A stretch of 64,000 nucleotides of DNA from Alphaproteobacteria bacterium (GCA_964291215.2 OZ219791.1:1312001-1376000), one strand, 5' to 3'. Positions 22,463-33,897 are shown, counted from the stretch's first letter. Numbers and translations: made by a program. Notes: a model not told the origin generated them from the letters alone.

Positions 22463-22578
22463 GGCCCCATCCTCCCGTGCCGAATTCCACGCCGCCGCGC
22501 CCGAACGGCCGCAGCGAACCCGTCATCGCAATCTATAACCCGTCCGCTGGCCGGTTTCAAGGCGCGCCGCGCCCGATA

Positions 22579-25500
22579 CACGGCGATCCCACGCCAGGTT
22601 TGTTGGAAGGGTCGGTTTCGCTTGTTTAGGATGATTCGCATTTTCGCAGGCTTTTTGTGAAGCGACGCAGTATCCGTTGTCGTGGAGGCAGCGGATTTTT
22701 TGAGACGACTCCGGAGGGTTTTGCGCTCCGGGATGTGGTTGTGCGCCTTGCGCGGCCTGATGTCGCTAGAATCGTGTCGTTGACCGTATCTTGGTTTCAA
22801 GCAGTTTGCCGGTCGAGGTCTGCGTGTTCACCTGGCGCGGGCGGTGGATTGGTGCTGCGGGCTGGCAGACGGGCGCCCTCGGCTGCGCACCCGTTGGCTG
22901 GCGCCGCGGGGAACAGTTCAGGCGGTTGCCGGGAACAACACGAGGTTTGTTGTTCCTGGTGGTCGTTTCCGGGCCTTGCCTCGTTTGCGTTGTCGCAGAT
23001 GGTGCGGCGGCGACCGGGAGGCTGCCGTTGCTTGTTGCGGAGTCGTTTGTCTTGCCGACGAAGTTCAGCGGCACCATGTACAAGGCGGCGAACCGGGAGT
23101 GCGTTGGCAGGGGCCATGCGCGCGCCAGCGGGCGCCGACTGGGGAGGCGAAGGATCCTTGCGTATTTCCGCTGCGTCGCGATGTCGGCTGCGGGATCGTT
23201 CGCCGCTTCCTGTGGCGTGGGAGTTGCGGGCGCCGCTGGTCGGCGCAGGAGTTGCGCTCGATTTATCAGCGGCGCTTTCCGGCGCGCGCAGGGGCATCGC
23301 CTCGGTGCTGTGCGTGATGGCGCGGCTTGCGAACCGGCGCGGTGGCGCACTACGACGCAGAAGGAGCTGGAGCAGCGTGGAAGAACAGGGACAAGCCGGC
23401 CTCCAAATCGACCGTGCACCGGGTGCTGCAGAACACCGACCCGGGATGGATCGAGGATGCGGCGCGCAGCCGCAGGCCGGCAACGCGGTCGACGGCAAGC
23501 GCACCGGCGAGGATCATTACGAGACGGTCTCGCTGGCCGGTATTCGATCCTCAACTGTCACGACGGGGAGATCGCTGCCGTCCACGCCGCGACGGCGCCG
23601 GCCGGCTGCTCACCCTCGACGCGCTCCATACCACCCGCGAGGCTGATCGTCGAGACCCATCGCGCGGACTGATGGTCAAGGGCAACGCACCTTCGAGAGA
23701 GCATCAACTGGAAGGCCGCCAGCACTACAACGAAAAGCCCGCGCATGGCCGCCAGCGCACCATCTTCACCCCGCTGGCGAAGATGATCAACTAGCAGATC
23801 TTCCGCGTCACCCGGCGCGTCGAATTCAGGAAAACCGAACACGCCATGACCTTATATGACTAGGTTTTGTCTCCTTGATGATGAAATCATCCACAGCAGT
23901 TGGGGGCGGGAAAATGTGGATCTGTGGGAGAGCGTCCGGTTTATGGTTGCAGAGAGATTCCGCTCCCCTGAGCGAACATGCACAGGGGATCAAACGATCT
24001 CCGCGGAGGTTGCCGTTTTGACCTTGACAGAGCCGCGACCGAGTGTGGTCGGCCAACCTCCCTTGACGTCCCTCGCATGGATGCCTGGGTTTGAACCCAT
24101 CGTAAGGCGAGGAGCAAGGGACGATGGTCAAGGTAGTAGCAGGGGTCAGCCAGTCTGGACATCTGGCGCATTGTTTTGCGGACGACGCCACGGGCAGGTG
24201 GCTTCGCGGCCTCGGGGTGAGCCGGGTGGTGGGCGACAGGCCGCTATCACCGCAAGGTTCACCAGTGTCTTCATGACCGGGGCTTCGAGGTTATTCTCGT
24301 CAACCCGTTGCGGGCGCTTCGCCGAGGCGCCAACCGCGTCGACGCCAAGATCGGCTGGGCGATCTCGAGCCTGTGGCTCCGCCTTCCTCAAGAGCCTGGA
24401 GGATCTCCTGGTGCCGCGCTTGTCGACGCGTGGCAGATGAGGTAGATGGCGAGACCGTCACAAGGGCCTCGGCGGCCGATCTCGATGATCGCATTGCCGG
24501 CGCGGCGATCAAAGCGGTGATCACCGGTGATTCCGAGCAGAGGTACGCCATCCTGACCTCGATCCCCGGTCCGATGACCGCCGCGGCCCTTCTTTGCTGG
24601 ATGCCCGAACTCGGCAGCGTCGGCAGCCTTGATCGGGGTGGCGCTGATGGCCAACGACCACGGTGCTCGGCACATCCGTGGCGGGCGCCGAAGGCCACGC
24701 GATCTCCTGGCCGCAACCGGCACGCTTCAACGCGGACCTGGTGCGCCTCAAGACTGCCGGCAAGCAAGGTCGCGATTGTCGCCGTGATGCGCAAGCTCTG
24801 GCGAACACCTTGCTGCGACAGCAGCGTTGCTGGTCGACCGAAGCACCGGTGAGTGAGCGAAGGAGACCACCTTCATGGCCCTCACCCCTGCCGAGAGCGC
24901 GATCGGGACTGTCTCGACAGTCTCCCTCTACGACACGACTTGGGAAGAATGTCTGCAGATCATCGTCGAGGCCGACATCGAGGAGATCGAACCGCCTTGG
25001 GACACCTGGAACCCGGACGGTCACGTGCCCGGGGACGGCAAGGTAGCCGCGTTCACGTGACCAATGGACGGCAACCCGCCGCCGGGACCACAAGCTTCAT
25101 GTCGCCTCGCTCGCAGAGCAAACCCCACACCGCTTGTGGACAACCACAGAAAAAATCACCGCAGACACCCGCAAAAACCTTGCCAAGAAACATGGATGCT
25201 CGGTCGAGCGCGCCTCGCCGCAACAGTTGCTCGCATGGAATCGCGGACACCGGGTAGTCGAGAGCCATCATCATGTCCGCGACACCACCTTCCGCGAAGA
25301 CGACTCCATGCTCCGAACGCGCCCGCAAACAACGCGATCACCCTCGCAATCATCATCCGCAACAAGCTGCCCAAACCCTTCAACAGCTTCGTCGACACCA
25401 CTATGCCGACAAACGCAAGCAGGTCCTGCACGCAATCACAAGACCAGGCTGACCGCGCCTCTCTCCCCGACAGAAACCGCAAGCCTTCGAGCCCGGCAAC

Positions 25501-25662
25501 CAAACCCGGCAGGCCTCTCGCTCGCCCCGGATACGCCGACCAATCGCGCCCCGCGCCGCAACAGCGCGTCAGCAAATCTCAAAATCGCAGCCTCGAACGC
25601 GTCGACCCGCGCCGCGATCAGGACTCCGATCACATCACATCAACAAGCATGGGATCACCTTG
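22579..25662 (+). mobile_element. ISAs1/DUF4338 element copy 3 (degenerate, interrupted)
   Basis: Ends CACGGCGATCCCA / TGGGATCACCTTG; colinear with copy 2 except for an insert at about 23852-25198. Confidence 0.88.
23852..25198 (+). mobile_element. Insert of IS remnants including a degenerate IS110-family transposase
   Basis: Absent from copy 2; fragments ILTSIPG..AAALLCWMPELG and KVAIVAVMRKL typical of IS110; outer parts unclassified; boundaries approximate. Confidence 0.65.
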
Positions 25663-25843
25663 GCTGAGCGCTCGGCGAGCTTTGCCAAATATCCACGACG
25701 CTGATATAGTTGCGGCACGGAGCGAGGAACGGTAGGCGCGCGGCGTCCCGGATCAGCGCGAAGAGCTTGTGGACTACGATTCCGCGTTTTTGCTCCTGCC
25801 GGTGCGCAGCGAAGCGGAGCAGAGTGTGCAGACGACGGGAGGG

Positions 25844-27103
25844 ATGACGAGGCGGGCGGTGCTCCGCGCTGGATTGGGCGGCTGCGTGGCTGCGCCCCTG
25901 TTCGGATCTGCCAGCCTCGCGCAGCAGGGCGACGGAGTGACCGACACCGAGATCGTTCTTGGAATGTCGGCGGCGTTCTCGGGCCCATCGCGGGGCCTCG
26001 GCATCGAACTCTACCGTGGCGCCAGCGCCTATTTTACCCATGTCAACCGGGCTGGCGGGGTGCAAGGCCGGAGGATCGTCGTCAAGACCTATGACGACGG
26101 CTATCAGCCGATCCCGTCGGTCGAGAACACTATGAAGTTGATGCTGCGGGACCGGGTGTTCGCGCTCTTCGGGTATGTAGGTACGCCGACGGTCACGCGC
26201 GTGCTGCCGATGCTGAAGAAATTTCAGCAGGAAAACGTTTACCTGTTTTTTCCGTTCACTGGCGCCCAGCCCCAGAGGGAGCCGCCCTACGGCGACTTTG
26301 CCTTCAACCTGCGCGCTTCCTACCGTCAGGAGACTGGAGGACTCGTTGACCAGTTCGTGTCGGTTGGCCGACGGCGCATCGGGATATTCTATCAGGCGGA
26401 TGCCTATGGTCGAAGCGGCTGGGCAGGCGCGCGACGCGCGCTCGCGAGGTACGGGGAGCGAATCGTCGGGGAGGCCACCTATCGGCGCGGCGAGAAGTTT
26501 ACCGGCAGCATGCGCCGCCAGGTAGACATCCTCAAGGCGGTCCGCCCCGATGCCGTGATTTGCATCGGCGCTTATGCGGCATGCGCTGCCTTTCTCCGCG
26601 ACGCCGTCGATCGAGGGCTGCGGGTTCCGATAGCCAACCTGTCCTTTGTTGGCAGCGAGAACCTGCTCAAGCTGATCAGGCGCGCGCGCGCGGACAGTGC
26701 GCCTTACACCCGACTTCTGGTGAACTCGCAGGTTGTTCCGAGCTACGAGGACGACTCGATTCCGGCGGTACGGCAGTATCGCGAACTGATGGGCCGCTAT
26801 GATCCGTTACCGCCGCAGGAACTGGTTACCGAACCCTACGCGCCGTTTCCGCACAGCTTCGTCGGCCTCGAGGGTTTCCTCGACGCCAAGCTGATGGTCG
26901 AGATATTGAATCGTCTCGGCGACAGCCCGCAGCGGGCGGCGCTCGACAAGGCCGTTTTCTCGGTGAAGGACTTCGATCTAGGGATCGATGAGCGCGTCTC
27001 ATTCGACCTCGGCCGGCGGCAGGGTTTGCAGCGCGTCTACTACACGGTCGTCGAAGGGGACAGGTTCGTGCCCCTGAAGGACTGGAAGGACAGGTTTTCG
27101 TGA
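25844..27103 (+). CDS. ABC-type (branched-chain amino acid family) substrate-binding protein with Tat-like signal
   Basis: MTRRAVLRAG; IVLGMSAAFSGP, YDDGYQP, LFGYVGTPT, FNLRASYRQE, QADAYG. Confidence 0.88.
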   Translation: MTRRAVLRAGLGGCVAAPLFGSASLAQQGDGVTDTEIVLGMSAAFSGPSRGLGIELYRGASAYFTHVNRAGGVQGRRIVVKTYDDGYQPIPSVENTMKLMLRDRVFALFGYVGTPTVTRVLPMLKKFQQENVYLFFPFTGAQPQREPPYGDFAFNLRASYRQETGGLVDQFVSVGRRRIGIFYQADAYGRSGWAGARRALARYGERIVGEATYRRGEKFTGSMRRQVDILKAVRPDAVICIGAYAACAAFLRDAVDRGLRVPIANLSFVGSENLLKLIRRARADSAPYTRLLVNSQVVPSYEDDSIPAVRQYRELMGRYDPLPPQELVTEPYAPFPHSFVGLEGFLDAKLMVEILNRLGDSPQRAALDKAVFSVKDFDLGIDERVSFDLGRRQGLQRVYYTVVEGDRFVPLKDWKDRFS

Positions 27104-27104
27104 G

Positions 27105-27839
27105 ATGAAGATTCCCAAGCTCTTTCAGAAGACGCTGTTCGGTATTTTCCTGCTGTTCGGCGTCATAGGCGTGTCGACCTCGATCCTCTGCATCTACACG
27201 GTTGATGTCCACCTGTCCGAGGAATATGAGAGTAACAGCAAGGGCATCGCGAAGACGATCGCCGATGCCAGCGTCGACATCATTCTCAACCGCGAACTGT
27301 CGGCGCTGCAGTCGCTGATCGACCAGTTCGTCGAAATCCAGGGCATAAGCTACATCTATGTCACTAGCGAATCGGGAGAGTTCCTCGCGCACACCTTCGT
27401 ACCCGGCATCCCCGAACAGATCCTGAAGGGCGACCCGACCAGCACCGCGACGGTCGAGCGTAGACTGCCGGGCATGGGTGACTTCGTCGAGGTCAGCAGC
27501 CCCATTCTTGCGGGTGTCGCGGGCGCAGTTCATATCGGCATGGATACCGGGCTGATCACGCTCCAGATCCAGCGGGCCATCGGCCATCAGATCTATCTCA
27601 TTTCCCTGATCTTCATCGGCGGCATCTTTGCCGCCCTGTGGCTGGTCAACCTTGCCGCGAAACCGATCGCTACGCTCCTCGCCTCTGCAGCAAGCGTTGC
27701 GCGTGACGGCGGCAGTGATGTCGACGAGAAGCTGCTTGCCCGCGGCGACGAGGCCGGGCACCTTGCCCGCCTGTTTCTGCATGTTGCCGGGACCGCCGCC
27801 CCGCCAGTGACCGCCGCCTCGTCGGACGAGCGCGCCTGA
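27105..27839 (+). CDS. Two-TM membrane protein with periplasmic sensor-like region and HAMP-like tail, no output domain
   Basis: Two hydrophobic segments; AKPIATL..RGDEAGHLARLF resembles HAMP; ends shortly after. Confidence 0.7.
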   Translation: MKIPKLFQKTLFGIFLLFGVIGVSTSILCIYTVDVHLSEEYESNSKGIAKTIADASVDIILNRELSALQSLIDQFVEIQGISYIYVTSESGEFLAHTFVPGIPEQILKGDPTSTATVERRLPGMGDFVEVSSPILAGVAGAVHIGMDTGLITLQIQRAIGHQIYLISLIFIGGIFAALWLVNLAAKPIATLLASAASVARDGGSDVDEKLLARGDEAGHLARLFLHVAGTAAPPVTAASSDERA

Positions 27840-27865
27840 CCGGCCGGCATGCGGACAAGCCTTCG

Positions 27866-29173
27866 ATGAGAGTTCCGCGGACGATAATCGTTATTCTCTG
27901 CACCGTGTTGCAGATCTGCTTCGGCACGGTGTATGCGTGGAGTTTCTTCCAGACACTCCTCGTTATGCAGCTCGGCTGGTCGTTCACCAATACCGCGGTC
28001 GCGTTCAGTGTCACCATCTTCTCGCTCGGCGTTTCCGCCGCTTGGGCAGGCTGGATGCTGCCGCGCCTCGGTCCGCGGAATCTGGCGCTGATCGGAAGCC
28101 TGATGTTCTCGGCCGGCTACATCATCGGCGGTCTCGCGCTGTACCTCGAGAACCTGCTCCTCTTCTACGCGGGCTACGGCGTGATCGGCGGTGCCGGAAT
28201 CGGGCTCGGCTACGTGACGCCGGTTGCTACCGCCGCAAAATGGTTTCCCGATCGCAAGGGGCTGGCCACGGGAATCGTGATCATGGGATTCGGGGTCGGG
28301 GCGTTCCTGCTGAGCAAGGCGCTGGCCCCGTTTCTGGTTGTCGTCACCGACAAGGATCTGCCTCTCGTGTTCGCCTGGCTCGGCGTGGTGTTTGCCGGCA
28401 TCCTGATTCCGTCGAGCCTGCTGTTGAGGGATCCGCCCGACGACTCCGGTGCCGCAGGCGCGAAAGCCGCGACGGGCGCGGAGGAGGCCGAAGAGGCGGA
28501 CGCTATCGGAGCGTGCCTCCGGTCGCGCGAGTTCATGATCATGTGGCTGGTATTCTTCTTCAACATCGCCGCCGGAATCTCGGTGATCAGCTTCCAGTCG
28601 TCCCTCCTTCAGGACGTCTGGGGTCTTGCCGATCCGTCGATCGAGCCGGAAATCCTGGCCGAATACGGGGCAACCCTGATCGCGGTGAGCTCGCTCTGCA
28701 ACGGGGCAGGACGCCTGTTCTGGGGATTGTTGTCGGACCGCCTCGGCCGCGTCCGGGTGTTCCGCATCCTGCTTGCCAGCCAGATGGTCGTCTTCGGCAT
28801 CCTGATGACGGAACGCGACCCATGGATATTCTCGATCCTGGTCTGCTACATCCTGCTGTGTTTCGGGGGCGGTTTCGCCACCATGCCGTCTTTCGTGGTC
28901 GATGTATTCGGCGCAAAACGGATGTCGGTGATCTACGGCGCGATCCTGACGGCTTGGGCGGCGGCGGGCATCTTCGGTCCCCTCTATGTCGGATATCTCA
29001 AGGACCAGTATCCCGACCGTGCGGTCATATACTGCTTCCTGATCGGGGTTTTGATTCTCGGCCTCGGCTTCATTTTTTCCTATTTGCTCAGCGATGACCG
29101 CATCCGTCTCGGCCGGCCGACGCTGGAGGGGACGCTGCGCGAATTCGGCATCCCCCTAGCGCGGCGAAACTGA
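27866..29173 (+). CDS. OFA-family MFS transporter
   Basis: GTVYAWS, GLGYVTPVATAAKWFPDRKGLATG, NGAGRLFWGLLSDRLGR, FGGGFATMP. Confidence 0.92.
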   Translation: MRVPRTIIVILCTVLQICFGTVYAWSFFQTLLVMQLGWSFTNTAVAFSVTIFSLGVSAAWAGWMLPRLGPRNLALIGSLMFSAGYIIGGLALYLENLLLFYAGYGVIGGAGIGLGYVTPVATAAKWFPDRKGLATGIVIMGFGVGAFLLSKALAPFLVVVTDKDLPLVFAWLGVVFAGILIPSSLLLRDPPDDSGAAGAKAATGAEEAEEADAIGACLRSREFMIMWLVFFFNIAAGISVISFQSSLLQDVWGLADPSIEPEILAEYGATLIAVSSLCNGAGRLFWGLLSDRLGRVRVFRILLASQMVVFGILMTERDPWIFSILVCYILLCFGGGFATMPSFVVDVFGAKRMSVIYGAILTAWAAAGIFGPLYVGYLKDQYPDRAVIYCFLIGVLILGLGFIFSYLLSDDRIRLGRPTLEGTLREFGIPLARRN

Positions 29174-29319
29174 CGGGCGGGGTGGCTCCTGCCGCCGGTC
29201 CTGAGCCCGGGGCGCGGGATGTCGTACTCCCGGTTCCTTGCTGGCCGCATTCCTCTCGACAGGGCCGCGGCTATTCTGCATTCTGTGCCATGATCGGGAT
29301 ATGCAGCGAGGCAGCCGAG

Positions 29320-32115
29320 ATGATGGAACAGGCAAAGCGAGACGATGTCTATCTCGTTGACGGGTCGGCATACATCTTCCGCGCCTACCATGCGCTGCGA
29401 GCGATGACCCGCGCCGACGGTACGCCCGTCAATGCTGTCTACGGTTTCGTCCGGATGCTGACCAAGCTCGTTGACGATGCCGACCCCGACTACCTGGTCG
29501 TGATCTTCGATGCCGCCCGCGAGACCTTCCGCAACGACATCTATCGCGAGTACAAGGCGCATCGGCCGCCCCCTCCTCCCGAACTCGTGCCCCAGTTCGA
29601 CCTGATCCGCGAGGCCACCAGGGCCTACAGCCTTCCCTATATCGAGATGGCTGGATTCGAGGCTGATGACCTGATCGCGACCTATGCGCGGATGGCGTGC
29701 GAGCAGGGGCTCGGCGTGACCATCGTGTCCTCGGACAAGGATCTGATGCAGCTCATCGGTCCCGATGTCCGCATGATGGATCCGATGAAGAACCGGTTTG
29801 TCGGGCCGGAGGAGGTCTTCGAGAAATTCGGCGTCGGACCGGACCGGGTGATCGACGTGCAGGCGCTGGCCGGCGATTCTTCGGACAATGTGCCCGGGGT
29901 GCCGGGAATCGGCATCAAGACGGCGGCGCAGCTGATCGGGGAGTACGGCGATCTCGATTCGCTGCTCGAACGCGCCGGGGAGATCCCGCAGAATAGGCGT
30001 CGCGAGAACTTGATCGAATTCGCGGAGCAGGCGCGCATTTCGCGCAAGCTGGTCACGCTGAGAACGGATGTTCCGGTTGAGGCCACGCTCGACGAGTTCA
30101 GGCGCCGGCAGGCGGATCCGGCGGTCCTGATACCGTTTCTCGAAGAGCAGGAGTTCAAGTCGATTCTCGCAAAGGAGCGTGCGCGGCTGCCGCCCGGCGA
30201 GGTGCTCGCCGGGTCCGGCGATTCGCCGGCGGCCGGGGAGGAGACATACGAGCTCGTGGGCGACGAAGAGGCGCTCAGCGCTTGGGTCGCGCACATCGCC
30301 GATGTCGGCTTTGTTGCCATCGATACCGAGACCACATCGCTCGATGTTGCCGAGGCTGAGCTTGTCGGGATGTCACTTTCGGTCGCTCCGGGTCACGCCT
30401 GCTACATCCCGCTCGGACATGTGGTCTCGGGACAGGACGCGGAGCAGGAGGCGCCGGAACTTGATTTCGACGGCGCTTCAAGCCTGGCGCCGGAGCTTGC
30501 GCCGGGGCAGATTCCCCGCGACGCCGCCCTCGCGCTGCTCCGGCCGGTCCTTGAGGATCCCGGAATCCTCAAGATTGGCCACAACATTAAGTATGACATG
30601 CATATTTTCACCCGCTGCGGCATCGCCATGGCGCCGATCGACGACACCATGCTTCTGTCCTATGTGCTCGAGGCGGGAAAACAGCGGGGGCATGGGCTCG
30701 ACATGCTTTCGAGCGAGCATTTCGGCCACGACAACATCAAGTATGGAGATGTTGCGGGAACGGGTAAGAAGCAGATCAGTTTCGCCGAGGTCGCCATAGA
30801 CAAGGCGCTCGGCTACGCCGCCGAAGATGCCGACATGACCAATCGGCTACATCGTCTGCTGCGCCCGCGCATCGCCGCCGAGCGCATGGCCAGCGTCTAT
30901 GAAACCCTGGAGCGGCCCCTTGTGCCGGTACTTCTCGACATGGAGCGCACCGGAATCGCCGTTGACAGGACGGTCCTCGACAGGCTCTCGGTGGATTTTG
31001 CGGAACGCGCCGCCGAGATCGCCTCGGAAATCCACGGCCTTGCCGGGCGCGAGTTCAATATAGGCTCGCCCCGCCAGCTCGGAGAAATTCTGTTCGACGA
31101 GCTTGGCCTAGGGGATGGTAAGAAGACCAGAAGCGGTGGCGGTTATGCAACCGATGCGCGCGTGCTCGAGGATCTTGCGGCGCAGGGGCACGAGCTTCCG
31201 GCTCGGGTGCTTGACTGGCGCCAGCTCACCAAGCTCAGGAACACCTACACTGCTGCGCTCGTCGGGCAGATCAACCCGCGGACCGGCCGCGTGCACACCT
31301 CCTATTCGCAGGCTGTCGCTTCCACGGGACGGTTGAGCTCCAACGATCCCAACCTTCAGAACATTCCCGTCCGGACCGAGGAGGGCCGCAAGATTCGCCA
31401 CGCCTTCGTCGCGGTTGAGGGTTCAGAGCTTCTTTCGGCGGATTATTCGCAGATCGAGCTCAGGCTGCTCGCGCATGTCGCGGGCATCGAGGAATTGCTT
31501 GAGGCGTTCCGCGACGACGCTGACATCCATGCGATGACGGCGAGCGAAGTCTTCGGCGTGCCCGTCGAAGGCATGGACCCCGCGGTACGCGACCGCGCCA
31601 AGGCGATAAATTTCGGAATCATATACGGTATCAGCCCATTCGGTCTTGCCCGCCAGCTTCGGATTCCGCGCGGTGACGCGAAGGATTTCATCGACGGGTA
31701 TTTCAAGAGATTTCCCGGCATCAGGAAATACATGGACGATACAATAGGGTTTGCCCGCGAACACGGCTATGTGGAGACAATTTTCGGACGCAAGTGTCAT
31801 ACGCCCGGCATCGCCGACGACCGCAATCCACGCAAGAGCTTCCTGCAGCGTCTTGCGATCAACGCGCCGCTGCAGGGCGCCGCGGCTGACATCATCAAGC
31901 GCGCGATGATCCGGATCGGTCCGGTGCTGGCCGCCAATGGGCTGCGGGCAAGAATGCTGCTCCAGGTCCATGACGAACTTATCTTCGAGGTTCCGCGCGA
32001 GGAACTCGAAAAGACTGCAGCCGTGGTGGGCCGGACCATGTCGACGGCGGCGGATCTTGATGTGCCGCTTGTCGTCGATACCAAGCACGGCCGGACCTGG
32101 GACGAAGCTCATTGA
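29320..32115 (+). CDS. polA: DNA polymerase I
   Basis: LVDGSAYIFRAYHA, DTETTS, TGRLSSNDPNLQNIP, ADYSQIELR, AKAINFGIIYG, LLQVHDEL. Confidence 0.98.
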   Translation: MMEQAKRDDVYLVDGSAYIFRAYHALRAMTRADGTPVNAVYGFVRMLTKLVDDADPDYLVVIFDAARETFRNDIYREYKAHRPPPPPELVPQFDLIREATRAYSLPYIEMAGFEADDLIATYARMACEQGLGVTIVSSDKDLMQLIGPDVRMMDPMKNRFVGPEEVFEKFGVGPDRVIDVQALAGDSSDNVPGVPGIGIKTAAQLIGEYGDLDSLLERAGEIPQNRRRENLIEFAEQARISRKLVTLRTDVPVEATLDEFRRRQADPAVLIPFLEEQEFKSILAKERARLPPGEVLAGSGDSPAAGEETYELVGDEEALSAWVAHIADVGFVAIDTETTSLDVAEAELVGMSLSVAPGHACYIPLGHVVSGQDAEQEAPELDFDGASSLAPELAPGQIPRDAALALLRPVLEDPGILKIGHNIKYDMHIFTRCGIAMAPIDDTMLLSYVLEAGKQRGHGLDMLSSEHFGHDNIKYGDVAGTGKKQISFAEVAIDKALGYAAEDADMTNRLHRLLRPRIAAERMASVYETLERPLVPVLLDMERTGIAVDRTVLDRLSVDFAERAAEIASEIHGLAGREFNIGSPRQLGEILFDELGLGDGKKTRSGGGYATDARVLEDLAAQGHELPARVLDWRQLTKLRNTYTAALVGQINPRTGRVHTSYSQAVASTGRLSSNDPNLQNIPVRTEEGRKIRHAFVAVEGSELLSADYSQIELRLLAHVAGIEELLEAFRDDADIHAMTASEVFGVPVEGMDPAVRDRAKAINFGIIYGISPFGLARQLRIPRGDAKDFIDGYFKRFPGIRKYMDDTIGFAREHGYVETIFGRKCHTPGIADDRNPRKSFLQRLAINAPLQGAAADIIKRAMIRIGPVLAANGLRARMLLQVHDELIFEVPREELEKTAAVVGRTMSTAADLDVPLVVDTKHGRTWDEAH

Positions 32116-32816
32116 CTTTCTGTAAGCGTTCGCGGTCACACGGTGATTGTCGCCGGTTGAGGATGCGTTTTCGGTCCTTGCGCAGCGGTCTCAGCCAGAT
32201 GTCCTTTTTTTGGCTTGTCGTGTTTGTTGAGCGTATCGTAACGCCCTCGTCCCTTGGCGGTTCCGACACGGATTCACCCTGACGCCCGAGCGGTTGAACA
32301 CTTTCTGACAGGGATTCCTTGCGCCACTTGCGGCAGAAGGCGTGGGCGATGGCTGCAGGGTTCGGTGCCGTGGTGATCAGGGCGCGCACCAGCGCCATCT
32401 CGTGCGCGGTGAGGTTACGGCCGTGGCTCACCCCGGTTCCATGAGGTTATGTCGGCGCTCCGGGCTCATCGACCGTGGCTGCTACGGCTTGAGGTCGTCC
32501 GGCTGTCGGCGGCGGTTTAAAACGGCGAGATTTCGGCGGAGATCCGCGTTTTTGAGCGGTTGGCTGTGTGGTTTCGGTGAACCCGGGTACGAGGTCGCGC
32601 GGCGTTGATGAGAGGCTACCCGGTCTTCGTTTTCTCTCTGTTTTTGGAGCTTATGGGTCTTTTGCTTTGGCGTTGACTACGGTCCAGCCGGCGTTTTCTG
32701 GCGGTCGACATCTGTGGAACGAGACATGGGAGGGGGCCTTCAGCCTTTTGCGCAGGGTTTCGGCCTGGCGCTCTGCGGCCTTGTCGTGGTCTTGCGCGTA
32801 GGGGGACTTGCAGCAG

Positions 32817-32941
32817 GTAAGCGTTCGGTCACACAGTGATGGCTGATTCTGGTCGGTTTCGAGCCTTCTGACAGTCTGCCCATAAGACACATCCTCAACC
32901 GATGATAATCATCAACAATCACCTCGTGACCGAACGATTAC
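32817..32941. mobile_element. 125-bp IS66-type MITE
   Basis: GTAAGCGTTCGGTCAC ... GTGACCGAACGATTAC; flanks TGCAGCAG / GGCAGCAG. Confidence 0.85.
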
Positions 32942-33179
32942 GGCAGCAGTCCGGAAGAGTGATCCGTAACGGTTTCTTCGTAACCGGTGGCTCCAGATGT
33001 CGCCGGAACGTCGCCAAGCGGCACTGCGACAGCCGTCTCCGTGCTCATCATCGTGGCCGACCATGGTGATCTTGACCGCACGCGTGCGCTCCGCTTGGCG
33101 GAGACGATAAGCGCGCTGGCGGCGACGACCCGTCCCATCGGTCGTCGCGGCGGCGGGCGGTCGTAGCGGGTGCCGCGCA

Positions 33180-33897
33180 GGCCGCGGTCTGCGAGCGCAG
33201 GAACTCGTTCCAGAAGATCTCTGCTTTGCTGGACAGCGATGCCCAGAACCTCGCGCCGGCCGTCCAGGTTGACCGCAACAGCTGCTATGGCTGCGGCGCT
33301 GACGATCCGGCGCGCCGTACCTTAATGTAGTGGCATCAAGCCAGAGGTAGGGCCATTCGCCTGCCAGCGGGCGGTTGAGGAAGACATTTACCCGCTCCTC
33401 GCCACAGAGCCGCGACACCTGGCTTTTCGACACATGCCCATGGCTTTAACCAGGTCGTCCACCGGTGTCGAGTAAGCCTCCGACAGCTTTCATGGCCTTT
33501 TCCGCTGCGGGGAAACTCGGGGAAGTAGCTGCCTTTGCGCAGCTTCGGGATAGTTACCGTCCTGGCGCGCGTCTCCCAGGCTCCGGTATCCGGGTTCACC
33601 CGGTCGACCATGCGTTCGTGCACGCCGGCACCGCTGTTCGATATCCAGCGCCATAAGGCGGTCGGCGACGAACCCAAGCATCTCGGCCAGCAGGTTGGTG
33701 TCGGACATCTCTGACAAAAGCGCGCCGCGGTCTCTGATAGGGTGTCTTTGGTGATGGTTGAACTCCTCAGTCAAAGGTCAGGTTGGCAACCAAGCCTTAG
33801 AACAACCGTGGCCGCCAAGCCGCCCGCGCGGGCTTTGCTACGCGAAGGCTCCGCCCGCGCTAACGGCGGAAGTTACACCGATCGTTGGGACGCTGCT
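33180..33897 (-). mobile_element. IS256-family remnant
   Basis: LAEMLGFVADRLMALD, IPKLRKGSYFPEF, SKSQVSRLC, FLNRPLAGEWPYLWLDAT across frames; boundaries approximate. Confidence 0.8.
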
